Source: a virus
Reading direction: 5' to 3' (one strand)
DNA length: 64,000 nucleotides
Virus record (IMG/VR): IMGVR_UViG_3300023208_000003
Coordinates: 133,100-197,099 of that record
This document shows positions 1 to 9,987 of this stretch, piece after piece. How positions within the stretch are numbered: the stretch's first letter is position 1; each line of letters starts with the position of its first letter. Below the pieces are notes generated by a model. That model saw nothing but the letters and a program-made list of their open reading frames with translations, made no database searches and was not told the DNA's origin. Both the position numbers and the translations under genes were made by a program.

Positions 1-15
1 CAAACAATATTTGCA

Positions 16-1824
16 ATGTACGAGGACTACGCGATTAATACGCCTGGTCCAAAATTCAGCACTGTCATTTTTAGAAAGCTTGTTCGTTACATTAAAGTTG
101 AACACGATCAGTTTTTTCCGCTTCGAAGCTTTATAAAGTCGACGTATCTTTATGATCCGCCAATTATTTTGCTACCAAACCCAAAATACAAAGCTGAGTC
201 AGAGCAGATAACAACGGCAGCTGCCGATAAGCAGGGCAATTTTTATTTTAACGTGCCGTTTATGCAAAATTTAATGAATTACGCACATATTAAAAAAGTT
301 CATCCTGCCGGCAAGAAATATCAATCAAATGGCGGCGATATTCCTGATGAGTATTGTTACATTGAGTTCGTTATTATGCATGAATTCATGCACTATAGCT
401 ATGATGACTTTTATTACAATGACATTATAAAAGACCCAGGAATCAGTAGAAAATTTAAGAGCAAAATTATTAATTATGTCGGTGATTTTCGTACGAATTA
501 TCTATTGGTGAAATCAGGATTTGAGCAGCTTCCAATGGGATTATTTAATGATGACATCAATTATGATCGCCAATCAACTTACAAGGAAATGTATGATTTA
601 GTAAAGTCTGAACTTGAAAAGCTAAACGATAAGGATCGTGAAGAGCTTGAAAAAATGCTTGACGATATGACAGATGACCACGAACCTGGTAATGAGCCTG
701 GAGAAGGCGAGGGAGAAGGCGAGGGAGAAGGCGAAGGTCAGCCAGGAAAAGGAAAAGGAAAGGGTAAAGGAAAACCAAGTGATAAAAAAGAAGAGGGAGA
801 GGAAACCGGCGAAGGAGGAGATGAAAAGAAAGATGGTAAAAGTGGTAAGGGCAAAGCTGGCGAAGGGGAAGATAAAGATGGAGACGCTGCGGGTGAAAAA
901 GAAGGAGAATCTGACAAGAAATCAAAAGTTAATAAAACTTTAGAGGACATTGAAAAGCGTCACAAGGAAATTGAAGACGCAATGAGTAAAGGCGAAGATA
1001 AAGATGCTGAAGAAGTCGAATCAAAAACACGTGAAGAAAATACAAAGCGAAACATAAAATCTGGTTCTAATTTCGGAGGTGGTAGTAAAACCGGCGACGG
1101 TAACATTGGCATTGATTATTCAAAGGAACACGCGCGTTTTGATTGGGATGAGCTTCTTAACAACGTTATCAAATCAACAGGTACGGATACGGTAGAAGTT
1201 TATGGTAAGCATAATCGTAGAAATATGCAGGCTGTCGTTCAAGCTGATGATACCGGTGCGGCAGCAGTATTTCCAACTCCTACTGAAGAGCCGTACATTG
1301 ACGCAAAATTTGCCTTTATCATTGACAGCTCTGGTTCAATGAGCGGTTACATTGAACAGGTTTATGCCAACGTTCATTCATTGTTTAGCGAGCATCATAC
1401 ATTAGCAAATGCTGAATTTTTCTTAATTAAGTTTTCAAGTGATTACGAAATCTTCAAGTGTATTTTTAACCAGAATAAAGCCGCACTTCTTCCTAAAATT
1501 GATGCAACTCCTAACTTTGATAAAGATTTACACCACGTGTTCACAACACATTTTGGCGGAGGCACAAATTTCTCTGGTGAGGTAGCTCATATTGGAAGAA
1601 AGTTGCTTGATGATGGATACAACGTTATCATTCTTTCAGACTCTGATATATGTGGCGGTGGAAATTTAGAAGATTTGGTAACCTTGCTTAATTTCCCTAG
1701 CGGTAAAGCGTTTGTTATTTTTGCAACGCGAGGTGATTGGGTTGCATTCCGTCAGGCAGCAAGAGAGCAATATCCAGAACAAGTTACCTACATTGATAAA
1801 TCATTGGAAAAGAATCAGAAATGA
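16..1824 (+). CDS. Metallopeptidase-like (DUF2201-type) plus vWA domain protein; probably 5'-partial
   Basis: HExxH motif (IMHEFMHY), long Gly/Glu/Lys linker, C-terminal vWA MIDAS motif (FIIDSSGSM...GGT). The frame is open back to base 1. Confidence 0.75.
   Translation: MYEDYAINTPGPKFSTVIFRKLVRYIKVEHDQFFPLRSFIKSTYLYDPPIILLPNPKYKAESEQITTAAADKQGNFYFNVPFMQNLMNYAHIKKVHPAGKKYQSNGGDIPDEYCYIEFVIMHEFMHYSYDDFYYNDIIKDPGISRKFKSKIINYVGDFRTNYLLVKSGFEQLPMGLFNDDINYDRQSTYKEMYDLVKSELEKLNDKDREELEKMLDDMTDDHEPGNEPGEGEGEGEGEGEGQPGKGKGKGKGKPSDKKEEGEETGEGGDEKKDGKSGKGKAGEGEDKDGDAAGEKEGESDKKSKVNKTLEDIEKRHKEIEDAMSKGEDKDAEEVESKTREENTKRNIKSGSNFGGGSKTGDGNIGIDYSKEHARFDWDELLNNVIKSTGTDTVEVYGKHNRRNMQAVVQADDTGAAAVFPTPTEEPYIDAKFAFIIDSSGSMSGYIEQVYANVHSLFSEHHTLANAEFFLIKFSSDYEIFKCIFNQNKAALLPKIDATPNFDKDLHHVFTTHFGGGTNFSGEVAHIGRKLLDDGYNVIILSDSDICGGGNLEDLVTLLNFPSGKAFVIFATRGDWVAFRQAAREQYPEQVTYIDKSLEKNQK
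700..735 (+). repeat. 12-bp coding tandem repeat (GGAGAAGGCGAG x3) encoding (GE)n
   Basis: Direct repeat read in the linker of the vWA gene. Confidence 0.85.
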
Positions 1825-2600
1825 AGACGTGGTTCAAGAAATTTATTAAGGAAGATTTTGAACCTAATCTTAAACCTTGGATGCTTCAAACGAAACCTGA
1901 GATTGAGAAATGGTTGAAAGATAATAGAATTGATGGTTTGGTTTCAAAAGAACTGGAAGTTCATATTACGAGAGGGTCATTATCTTTTATATTTTTAGGC
2001 AATAATGACTTTACTACGGACAACCAAGGCCGTCGCTGCTTGCCAGTGCAATTTTATATCGTAAAAGAATATGATATGGACGGTCCTGATCTTGAATCAT
2101 TTGTCGGCAGTCCAATTGGTGTTTTTGAAAAAATGACATTTAATGATTTTTGCGGTGATAGCTGGGAAGGGTTTCCAAAGTTTTGTTCTGAACTTCGAGG
2201 TAATCCAGGAAAGATAACTTCATTCGAAGGTTTTCCTACTAATGGGGTAAAGTCTCTTAAACTTTTTAGTAAAAAAGATGAACCGCAAATTCCAACTTTA
2301 GAAGGACTTCCAGATAATATTAAAGAGTTTGCAACTGATTGCGTTGCAAGTTATTCAAAAATTGATAAAATTTTACCCAATTTAACTTTTGTAAATGTTC
2401 CAAAAACTCTAAAGGATTCAATTTTAGGAATTTTATTGTTAGAACACTTAAGTGACATTGGATATAATTCAAAAGGGGAAAGTAAGGCATGCCGCGCGGC
2501 AACCATTGTAAATGACCATTACTTCTCGGGCGATCGTGACATTCTTGACTGTAAGTCAGAGTTAATTGAAAAAGGACTTTCTGAATATGCCAAGCTTTAA
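1821..2600 (+). CDS. Paralog family copy 1 (LRR-like, conserved C-terminal tail)
   Basis: SxEGxP repeats, SILGILLL motif, ends DCKSELIEKGLSEYAKL. Confidence 0.8.
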   Translation: MKTWFKKFIKEDFEPNLKPWMLQTKPEIEKWLKDNRIDGLVSKELEVHITRGSLSFIFLGNNDFTTDNQGRRCLPVQFYIVKEYDMDGPDLESFVGSPIGVFEKMTFNDFCGDSWEGFPKFCSELRGNPGKITSFEGFPTNGVKSLKLFSKKDEPQIPTLEGLPDNIKEFATDCVASYSKIDKILPNLTFVNVPKTLKDSILGILLLEHLSDIGYNSKGESKACRAATIVNDHYFSGDRDILDCKSELIEKGLSEYAKL

Positions 2601-3234
2601 AACTTTTATTGTAAATGACCCTGATAGAGTTAGAGCGAGCGTATTTGCTGGACGCATAATAAAATCTCGACAAACTGATGCCGATGCTTTTAAAATTGAA
2701 CGAGATGCTAGCATAACGCTTTTAGCTAATGCTAGACTTTTAACAGTTGACTATAAAAACATTGAAAATTCAAATTTTGAGCTGCCGTTCAAAATTAATG
2801 ACACTGACATGAAAATCAGCTTTGATTTTGATTCTTCTGTTTTAAAATCATTTAAGAATTTTCCAAGAAAAATACCAAATGTTTATTTGAGACTTATAGA
2901 TTGTGGCATTACTTCTATTGAAAATATACCTGAGGAAATGGATCGCTTGTTAATGGCTGGAAATGACAGGCTAGAATCATACGCTGGTATTGGATCAAAA
3001 ATTAAAAAATGTGACGAAATGATAATGCCTACTGTTAGTATTAAATCAAGTATTCTTGGATTTCTTCTTATTGATAGACTTGAATCTTTAATGTTTGATA
3101 TGTTTTCACCAACCCCACATTTTACTGCTGTAGCTTTTCAAATTTTACATAAGCATTTTAAAGGCGAAAAAGACGTGCTAGACTGTAAAGCCGAGCTTAT
3201 TGAAAATAAATTATCGGAATTCGCCAAACTATGA
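2587..3234 (+). CDS. Paralog family copy 2
   Basis: Start MPSFK at 2587 lies inside the tail of copy 1, after AAAGGA; ends DCKAELIENKLSEFAKL. Confidence 0.8.
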   Translation: MPSFKTFIVNDPDRVRASVFAGRIIKSRQTDADAFKIERDASITLLANARLLTVDYKNIENSNFELPFKINDTDMKISFDFDSSVLKSFKNFPRKIPNVYLRLIDCGITSIENIPEEMDRLLMAGNDRLESYAGIGSKIKKCDEMIMPTVSIKSSILGFLLIDRLESLMFDMFSPTPHFTAVAFQILHKHFKGEKDVLDCKAELIENKLSEFAKL

Positions 3235-4175
3235 AACTTACTGACATTTTACAAGAAGATGTTGATATTGCTGCTATTGAAAATCTTCCTATCTTTCAAA
3301 AGTTTAAGAACTTACAATTTACTGTGGTTTCAACCCCACGTCAAATAAAGAATGGTACTTTTGAAATTTCACAGCCAAAAGATATTATTAAGAACCCTGA
3401 TATTATCAAGATGGGCGTTAAGATTTCAAGAACAGGAAACATTTATTTTAGACACCGCTCAAATATGTATCCTTCTTCAGCAAATGTTGCTTTTATTTAT
3501 GAAAAAGATGATCTTACATTTTACCAAAAGGCGCTTGAGCGTGCCTGGGAAGAAATTGAAAAACGTTTAAAGCTAGATCAAAAACAAAGAGATAAAAATG
3601 CTAAGGAAATTTTTAAATTTGATCCTACAGCGTATTATGAAGATTTAACTTTCTTAAATTTGCCTGCCGAGCAACGAAATTTACGACTTGAAAACATTAA
3701 TACGGGATCTTTTTTAGGGCTTCCAAAAAAGATACCTGGAGAATGCAGAATATTGCTCGCTGAAAATAATGTCAACTCTCTTGAGCATTTACCGGCTATT
3801 TGTGGAGATTTTCGATTAGCTTTATTTAAATCTGGTCTTGTTAAAGCTTCAGATGATCAATTAAAGTACGTACCAGCTCGTTGTGAGTACTTATGGCTTG
3901 ACACTATTGGCTTTACATCATTTGCAGGAATTGGAAAAATATTAAAACGGTGTCAAAATCTTTACGCACCAACAACACTTGCATCATCATGTTTAGGCAT
4001 TTTGCTTATTCCAAAAATAGATAGGTTTGGTTTTAACCGGTCAATTGATGCCACTCCTATAAAATTGCAATTATTAAACAAAATTATTAACACGCATTTA
4101 GGATCAGACAAAGATATTCTTGAATGCAAAACAGAACTTATTGAAAATGGATTAAAAGAGTTTGCTAAACTATGA
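3231..4175 (+). CDS. Paralog family copy 3
   Basis: ATGA overlap with copy 2; ends ECKTELIENGLKEFAKL. Confidence 0.8.
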   Translation: MKLTDILQEDVDIAAIENLPIFQKFKNLQFTVVSTPRQIKNGTFEISQPKDIIKNPDIIKMGVKISRTGNIYFRHRSNMYPSSANVAFIYEKDDLTFYQKALERAWEEIEKRLKLDQKQRDKNAKEIFKFDPTAYYEDLTFLNLPAEQRNLRLENINTGSFLGLPKKIPGECRILLAENNVNSLEHLPAICGDFRLALFKSGLVKASDDQLKYVPARCEYLWLDTIGFTSFAGIGKILKRCQNLYAPTTLASSCLGILLIPKIDRFGFNRSIDATPIKLQLLNKIINTHLGSDKDILECKTELIENGLKEFAKL

Positions 4176-5140
4176 AACTTAATCAGCTAATTCGTGAATC
4201 GTTAACTTACGATCAGCTTATTAACTCTCCAGCATTTAAGGAGTTAAAGTCAAAGCATGGTTTTGAAATCGACTTTGACTCTTTTACAAAAAGTCCAAAA
4301 CGAAACGAAATTAAATTAGCTCAAGGAAAATTCGTCAATTCTAAAAATATGTATTTTATGTCCTTTTTTATTAAAATAAAGGGCGATAAGGCTAACATTG
4401 AATTTCGTCGTAGCTCAAAAAAGATTGAATATTTTAAATCCCCTGATTTGAAAGATGATATTGAAAAGAATCAGGATAATTTTTTAGAGCAAATTTTTGA
4501 GTACTGTAAGCTTGTTGTTGAATCACAACTTAAAAAGGAAGAAGAAGCGCGAATGAAACACGCGCTTGAAAATCGTACTTTCATTCCAACTGATTACTAT
4601 GACAGCTTTGAATTTCTATACTTGCCTGAAGATAGAATGGACACGTTGAACATCAAAAATGCAAATGTCGGTTCTCTAAAAGGACTACCGCAGAGCGTTG
4701 ATGAATTGCATATTGAACTTGCTGAATCAATAGAAAGTATCTCTCTTGAAGGTCTTCCTTGGCGGTGCGCAGATTCATTTTATTTAGGTCTATATCAATC
4801 ACAACAACTATTAAATTTTCCTGCAGGTGATATAAAGCATTTGCCTAAAAGTTGTACATTTCTTGATTTAACTGGGTTAAACGTGACATCATTAATAGGC
4901 ATTAATAAAGTCGAATTTAAACGAATTCTTAGAATTAAAATGAGTAAAACTCTTGAAGAAGGAGGACTCGGCTTATTATTGATTCCGAAACTTCGTGAAC
5001 TTACTTTTACTACTGCGCATGGAAAGTATAAAGCTTTTGCAGATATTATGAACGCTAATTTTAGAAAAGCTGAAAAAGATATTCTTGATTGCAAAGCAGA
5101 ACTTATTGAAAATGGATTATCAGCATATGCCAAGCTTTAA
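4172..5140 (+). CDS. Paralog family copy 4
   Basis: ATGA overlap; SLKGLP/SLEGLP repeats; ends DCKAELIENGLSAYAKL. Confidence 0.8.
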   Translation: MKLNQLIRESLTYDQLINSPAFKELKSKHGFEIDFDSFTKSPKRNEIKLAQGKFVNSKNMYFMSFFIKIKGDKANIEFRRSSKKIEYFKSPDLKDDIEKNQDNFLEQIFEYCKLVVESQLKKEEEARMKHALENRTFIPTDYYDSFEFLYLPEDRMDTLNIKNANVGSLKGLPQSVDELHIELAESIESISLEGLPWRCADSFYLGLYQSQQLLNFPAGDIKHLPKSCTFLDLTGLNVTSLIGINKVEFKRILRIKMSKTLEEGGLGLLLIPKLRELTFTTAHGKYKAFADIMNANFRKAEKDILDCKAELIENGLSAYAKL

Positions 5141-5678
5141 AGCAAGATACATCCCAAAAAATCCTCAAAAGTATGTCGGTAATCCAAATAACATTCAATG
5201 CCGTAGTTCTTGGGAAATAGCAGTTTGTAAATTTTTCGATCTTTCAACTTCAGTTATTCGCTGGGCTTCAGAAGAAATTTCCGTGCCTTATATTTCACCA
5301 GTTGACGGAAGAGTGCATCGATATTTTCCAGATTTTATTGTTTCATATTTAGACGCCCGCGGCAATATTCAACAAGAAATTGTTGAAGTAAAGCCCTTAA
5401 AAGAATCAGATGAACGATTTGCTAAAACTCCAGTCGATAAATCACGTTTTTTAGTAAATAAAGCAAAGTGGGAAGCAGCAGCTAAATTTGCGTCAAGTAA
5501 TGGAATGAGCTTTCGAGTAATTACTGAACTTAGTATTTTTAAGGACAGCCGGTCAACCTCGAAAAATCGTGTTAAATCAACAAAAGGAACGCAAGGGTCC
5601 ACCACAACTAAAAAAGCTCGTACTACGGTTGCGCCGCGCTCAGTAAAAACGGCTCGCAAGCAAAAGGCTAAAAAATGA
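5127..5678 (+). CDS. Head completion nuclease, T4 gp4-like (TnsA-like PD-(D/E)xK)
   Basis: Motifs PKNPQKYVG, RSSWE, WASEEISVPY, HRYFPDF, VEVKP, KWEAA, FRVITE. Start MPSFK at 5127. Confidence 0.85.
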   Translation: MPSFKARYIPKNPQKYVGNPNNIQCRSSWEIAVCKFFDLSTSVIRWASEEISVPYISPVDGRVHRYFPDFIVSYLDARGNIQQEIVEVKPLKESDERFAKTPVDKSRFLVNKAKWEAAAKFASSNGMSFRVITELSIFKDSRSTSKNRVKSTKGTQGSTTTKKARTTVAPRSVKTARKQKAKK

Positions 5679-6331
5679 CATCATTCAAAACATACTTTAA
5701 ACAAGATGACACTGTTGATTCACCAAAACAAATTGAGAATTATCTAAGAAATAATTGGAAATTCAATTTTGACGCTGGAAATATCAAAATTGACCTATTA
5801 AAAAAAGAAGTTTTTGGTTCAAACTTTTCACTGACTGTTACCGAGGAAAATTTAGCTAATGTCAATGGTAAAAAAGTAATTCCAGTAAAATTTTCTACTG
5901 TTGCTAACTTTCAACATATCAACAAACATACTGAAAGTTTTACATTAGAATACGCGCCACACACAACTATAGATCATTGGTACGCGATTGATCCATATTT
6001 TAATAATATTGAATACTTACCTCAATATTCAACTATGATTGATATTTCTCAATGTTTAAATTTTAAATCTCTTCATAATATTCATAAAAGAGTAAAGCGA
6101 ACTCACGTTGTTACGCTGTGCAATATGATTGAAAGTTCAATGCTAGGGCTAATGTTAATTCCTGAACTAGGACAAGTTGAGTTTATAAATTTTATAAGTT
6201 CAGGAACTTCAAATGATACGATTTCCACTTTAACAAATACCTTTCGAAAAGCGCTAGAAACAAGCGTCGATGTTTTAGATGTTAAAGCTGAACTAATTGA
6301 AAAAGGATTATCAGAGTTTGCGAAGCTCTAA
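5675..6331 (+). CDS. Paralog family copy 5
   Basis: SLHNIHK, SSMLGLMLI; ends DVKAELIEKGLSEFAKL. Confidence 0.8.
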   Translation: MTSFKTYFKQDDTVDSPKQIENYLRNNWKFNFDAGNIKIDLLKKEVFGSNFSLTVTEENLANVNGKKVIPVKFSTVANFQHINKHTESFTLEYAPHTTIDHWYAIDPYFNNIEYLPQYSTMIDISQCLNFKSLHNIHKRVKRTHVVTLCNMIESSMLGLMLIPELGQVEFINFISSGTSNDTISTLTNTFRKALETSVDVLDVKAELIEKGLSEFAKL

Positions 6332-6366
6332 AATAAATAAGAAAAACACAATTTGGAGCATATCAA

Positions 6367-7044
6367 ATGCGAATAAACGATCTCGTAAACGAACAAATTA
6401 TTGCTGAAGTACACCAGGAGGAAAACCTGGTAGCGCAGTATCACAACGCTGAAGAGTATGAAGGGAATATAAGCATGTCAGGACGTCACCTGACATCACT
6501 CAGAGGAGCCCCGAAGATAGTCAATGGAAACTTTGACGTTAATGAAAATCCTCTTTTAAAGACACTGCGCTTTGCACCAATCCACATAACTGGTAGATTT
6601 AACGCTAATGATTGTGATATTCAATCATTGCGCGGCTGTACAACAAAAACAATTGGTGAGCTATTTACTATATCAAAAAATTCTTTTAGATCAGTTGATG
6701 ATTTAATGGGGGCTCCTGAAGATATTGGCTCACTTCACATGTGTTTTGGAATGAACTTTACTTCACTAAGCGGAATTCATAAAGCGTTTAAATGCGTCAA
6801 TGATACGATTTTTATTCCAGAAAAATCAACTCACGTGCTTGCATTAGCTTTTATTAAAAACCTTAAACACGTTGTTATTGGTTCATTGCCATCTGATCAG
6901 AAATTAAATACTGACCTTGGTAAGGTAATAAAGATTTTGAATGATCATTTAAAAACTGGTTCAATTGATATGCTTGATGTAAAGACTGAAATTATTGAAA
7001 CTTATTCAGGTCAGCCTGAAATTCTTGCGCTTGCAAAGGTATAA
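6367..7044 (+). CDS. Paralog family copy 6 (clearest LRR-like repeats)
   Basis: LTSLRGAP/LKTLRFAP/IQSLRGC repeats; diverged tail DVKTEIIE...ALAKV. Confidence 0.75.
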   Translation: MRINDLVNEQIIAEVHQEENLVAQYHNAEEYEGNISMSGRHLTSLRGAPKIVNGNFDVNENPLLKTLRFAPIHITGRFNANDCDIQSLRGCTTKTIGELFTISKNSFRSVDDLMGAPEDIGSLHMCFGMNFTSLSGIHKAFKCVNDTIFIPEKSTHVLALAFIKNLKHVVIGSLPSDQKLNTDLGKVIKILNDHLKTGSIDMLDVKTEIIETYSGQPEILALAKV

Positions 7045-7047
7045 ACA

Positions 7048-8037
7048 ATGAAACTAATTGAAATAACTGAATCTAGCAAAGTCTATAATTTTAAAAATGT
7101 TGAAGATACTATTAAACGACTTACTCCAGAAGAATTTGAAGCGGCAATTCGATTCGCAAAAAAGCAGCCAGAGTTTAAAGCGCTTTTAGCAGCTGGTTAT
7201 GATTTTGCTTCGTCTGAAAATCAGCTTAAGAAAGGAATTTTAAGTTTTAAATTTGCGCATATTTCAAAAACTGACGCTGGCCAAGCAATATCTGACAACA
7301 CTGCACGTTCAGTAATTTACCCAAACGGCAATGTTCGTTTAATGTGGGATAGCGGCGACCATGCAACAACTATTTCAATTCCAGGTATTGGTAGAAATCT
7401 AACTGAACGTTATAAAATCGGACTTCAAGCTCTTGTACGAGTTGCTAATAAGCGCGCTAAGCTCAGACAAGAGCTAGGCGTTGTCCATGGGTTAACCAAT
7501 CTTTCTAAAATTGATACATCTCATCAAGCTTTAAATCAAATAACTTTTGATCGTTGTTCATTTAAGGATTTTAAAACTCTTGATCCCAATTTTAATGGCA
7601 TAATGAAAATTATCAGCCACAAAGTTGACCTTTCAATGGTTGGCTGCGCAGTTAAGAGTCAACATTTAGATGAACTAAGAATACAAGAAGGCAAAAACGT
7701 AATTGATCTCGATAAATTACCGGAACGTATCGACATTTTAGATTTATCTGAATCAAACATTATAAGTTTAAAAGGAATCGGAAAAAGTTTAAGATATTGT
7801 GATAAGTTTTACTTTTCGCCTAAAATACAGGATAGCATTTTAGGTATAATGAACATTCAATGGATTTCAACTTATAAAGATGTTAAAGTAAATAGATTTA
7901 CTATAGCATTTGAAAAAAACAAATTATTAGCTGATGCAATTGGAATCTTAATGACAAATTACCACAACAAAGCAGATATTTTAGATTGTAAAGCTGAGCT
8001 GATTGAAGCTGGGTTAGGGCAGTATGCCAAACTTTAA
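7048..8037 (+). CDS. Paralog family copy 7
   Basis: ISLKGI, SILGIMNI; ends DCKAELIEAGLGQYAKL. Confidence 0.8.
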   Translation: MKLIEITESSKVYNFKNVEDTIKRLTPEEFEAAIRFAKKQPEFKALLAAGYDFASSENQLKKGILSFKFAHISKTDAGQAISDNTARSVIYPNGNVRLMWDSGDHATTISIPGIGRNLTERYKIGLQALVRVANKRAKLRQELGVVHGLTNLSKIDTSHQALNQITFDRCSFKDFKTLDPNFNGIMKIISHKVDLSMVGCAVKSQHLDELRIQEGKNVIDLDKLPERIDILDLSESNIISLKGIGKSLRYCDKFYFSPKIQDSILGIMNIQWISTYKDVKVNRFTIAFEKNKLLADAIGILMTNYHNKADILDCKAELIEAGLGQYAKL

Positions 8038-8650
8038 AGAATTTTTCAAATATAATCCTCGTGAACCCGCTCTTTGGATGTATGCTGAAAGACAAGACGT
8101 TTTAGACTGGCTTTGGCAGGCAGCTCCGCATAAAACGCAATTTGACGTAAATGATGATCTGATTGTTTTTTCAAAAGACGATTTCCAGCTCGAAGATAAC
8201 GTAATAACAGCATTGCCAGTTCGTTTAGATACTCCAAAAAAATTAGTATTGAAAATGAAAAATTTACAAACTTTACGAGGTATACCAGAAGGCGTAATGT
8301 ATGGAACTTTAATAATCGCTTCTGATAAATTAACAGAGCTTGATTATTTGCCATATAGCGTGTCTTCATTGAATATAATAGATTGCCCAAATGTTCATTC
8401 GCTTCATGGAATTCACGATAAGGTTAAACGAATGACGATGATTATTGTTGGTGAAGGAATTGAAAGCTCAATTCTTGGTCTTCTAACAATTAAAGATTTT
8501 TCAGGAATGATGACTAATACATCTAATTCTAACGCTTCGCTAAATAAAGCTTGTCAGATTTTAAATGCTGCAATTATTCATAAGCAAGATTTACTTGATT
8601 GCAAAGCAGAACTAATTGAAAAAGGATTATCAACATATGCTAAGCTTTAG
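8024..8650 (+). CDS. Paralog family copy 8
   Basis: Start MPNFKEF inside the previous tail; ends DCKAELIEKGLSTYAKL. Confidence 0.8.
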   Translation: MPNFKEFFKYNPREPALWMYAERQDVLDWLWQAAPHKTQFDVNDDLIVFSKDDFQLEDNVITALPVRLDTPKKLVLKMKNLQTLRGIPEGVMYGTLIIASDKLTELDYLPYSVSSLNIIDCPNVHSLHGIHDKVKRMTMIIVGEGIESSILGLLTIKDFSGMMTNTSNSNASLNKACQILNAAIIHKQDLLDCKAELIEKGLSTYAKL

Positions 8651-9314
8651 AGATTATTTAAAAGAAGAAAAACTAACAGGCTTCTTAGATACAAGAGAGG
8701 CAGTTAAACAATACATGCAGGATAATTTTTCACTCATTTCATATTCATTTAATGATTATGAAGATGATCCTGATATTGTAGAAGTTAATTTAGAGTTAAC
8801 TCCACGAATAACTTTTACAAATGAACATTTACGTAAAACTGGCAGCCAATATCATCTTCCATTTAAAATTGGAGAAATTACTAATTTAGTTATTAACGCG
8901 CCGAAGTTAAATTCTACTGAAGGTTTTCCAAATTCAGCAGGACGTATTTTAATTTTAGATATGGATTTACACGAGCTGAATCACGATATTGTATTCAATG
9001 TTGGTGATTTATGCTTACGCGGCACTTATCTCATAACGTTAACAGGAATTCATAACTCCTGTCCTCATGGAGTTAGTGAGTTAGAATTTCCAAAAGGACT
9101 ACAGGGAAACGTTTTAGATTTAGCGCGTCTAGATAATCTTGACAGTGTAAGCGTTGCGCCGCATGCAATGCGACTTTCAGATGAAATTTGGAATGAACAA
9201 GTTCGTTTGGCGGCCACTATTAATGATTATCTTAGTGAATCTCGTGGTCTTGATTTATTAGAACTAAAAGCTACTCTTATTGATAATGGATTTTCAAAGT
9301 ATGCCAAGATTTAA
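8637..9314 (+). CDS. Paralog family copy 9
   Basis: Start MLSFRDYLKEE at 8637 inside the previous tail; ends ELKATLIDNGFSKYAKI. Confidence 0.8.
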   Translation: MLSFRDYLKEEKLTGFLDTREAVKQYMQDNFSLISYSFNDYEDDPDIVEVNLELTPRITFTNEHLRKTGSQYHLPFKIGEITNLVINAPKLNSTEGFPNSAGRILILDMDLHELNHDIVFNVGDLCLRGTYLITLTGIHNSCPHGVSELEFPKGLQGNVLDLARLDNLDSVSVAPHAMRLSDEIWNEQVRLAATINDYLSESRGLDLLELKATLIDNGFSKYAKI

Positions 9315-9987
9315 AGAATTTTTAAAAGAAGAAACTGAATCACATTACTTTAAAAATAAAGACGCCGTACTAGATTGGTTTAGCGATTATGTTGAAACAC
9401 TTGAAACTCCTGATATTAAAGTAAATAATAAAGGAGTTTTTTATGTAGCCGATGATTCAATGGATTTTACTCTTAATCCTGGTTGTTCAGTTCCTGTAAC
9501 TTGGAATGGAAGAAAAGTTTATGGTTTACCAGTTAAAATAGAAGAAGCCCGTGATTTTATTGTTAAAGATGGAAGATTAAATTCAACAGTAGGATTTCCT
9601 GATCTTGTAGATAATATTGTCCATTATCCATATGGTTTTCCTTGTGGTTTAACTGAATTTAACGACGCTGTATTTTTTCCGATGTGTAATCTTAAGTTGT
9701 CTGGAACTCAAATTAAAACATTAAGAGGTATTCATACTTCTTGTGACGCCGGTCTTGGCGATCTTTGGTTACCATTTGAACTTGACGGCCCGGTTCTTGA
9801 CATTACAAAGCTTGAAGGTCTTAATATGGTAAGAATCGATAAAAAAATTCATCCGGCTCATTCAGATTATTTTAGATACAAGACACTTACTGAAACTATA
9901 AATCTTGTTCTTGAAGACGGTTTTGACGCGCTTGATTTAAAAGCTGCGCTTATTGAAAAAGGATTAAGTCAATATGCGAAGTTTTAA
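9301..9987 (+). CDS. Paralog family copy 10
   Basis: Start MPRFKEFLKEE at 9301; ends DLKAALIEKGLSQYAKF. Confidence 0.8.
   Translation: MPRFKEFLKEETESHYFKNKDAVLDWFSDYVETLETPDIKVNNKGVFYVADDSMDFTLNPGCSVPVTWNGRKVYGLPVKIEEARDFIVKDGRLNSTVGFPDLVDNIVHYPYGFPCGLTEFNDAVFFPMCNLKLSGTQIKTLRGIHTSCDAGLGDLWLPFELDGPVLDITKLEGLNMVRIDKKIHPAHSDYFRYKTLTETINLVLEDGFDALDLKAALIEKGLSQYAKF

Noticed and set aside
557-950. Alternative-frame ORFs 557..925, 674..943 and 738..950
   Set aside because: Shadows of the low-complexity GE/GK linker of the vWA gene.
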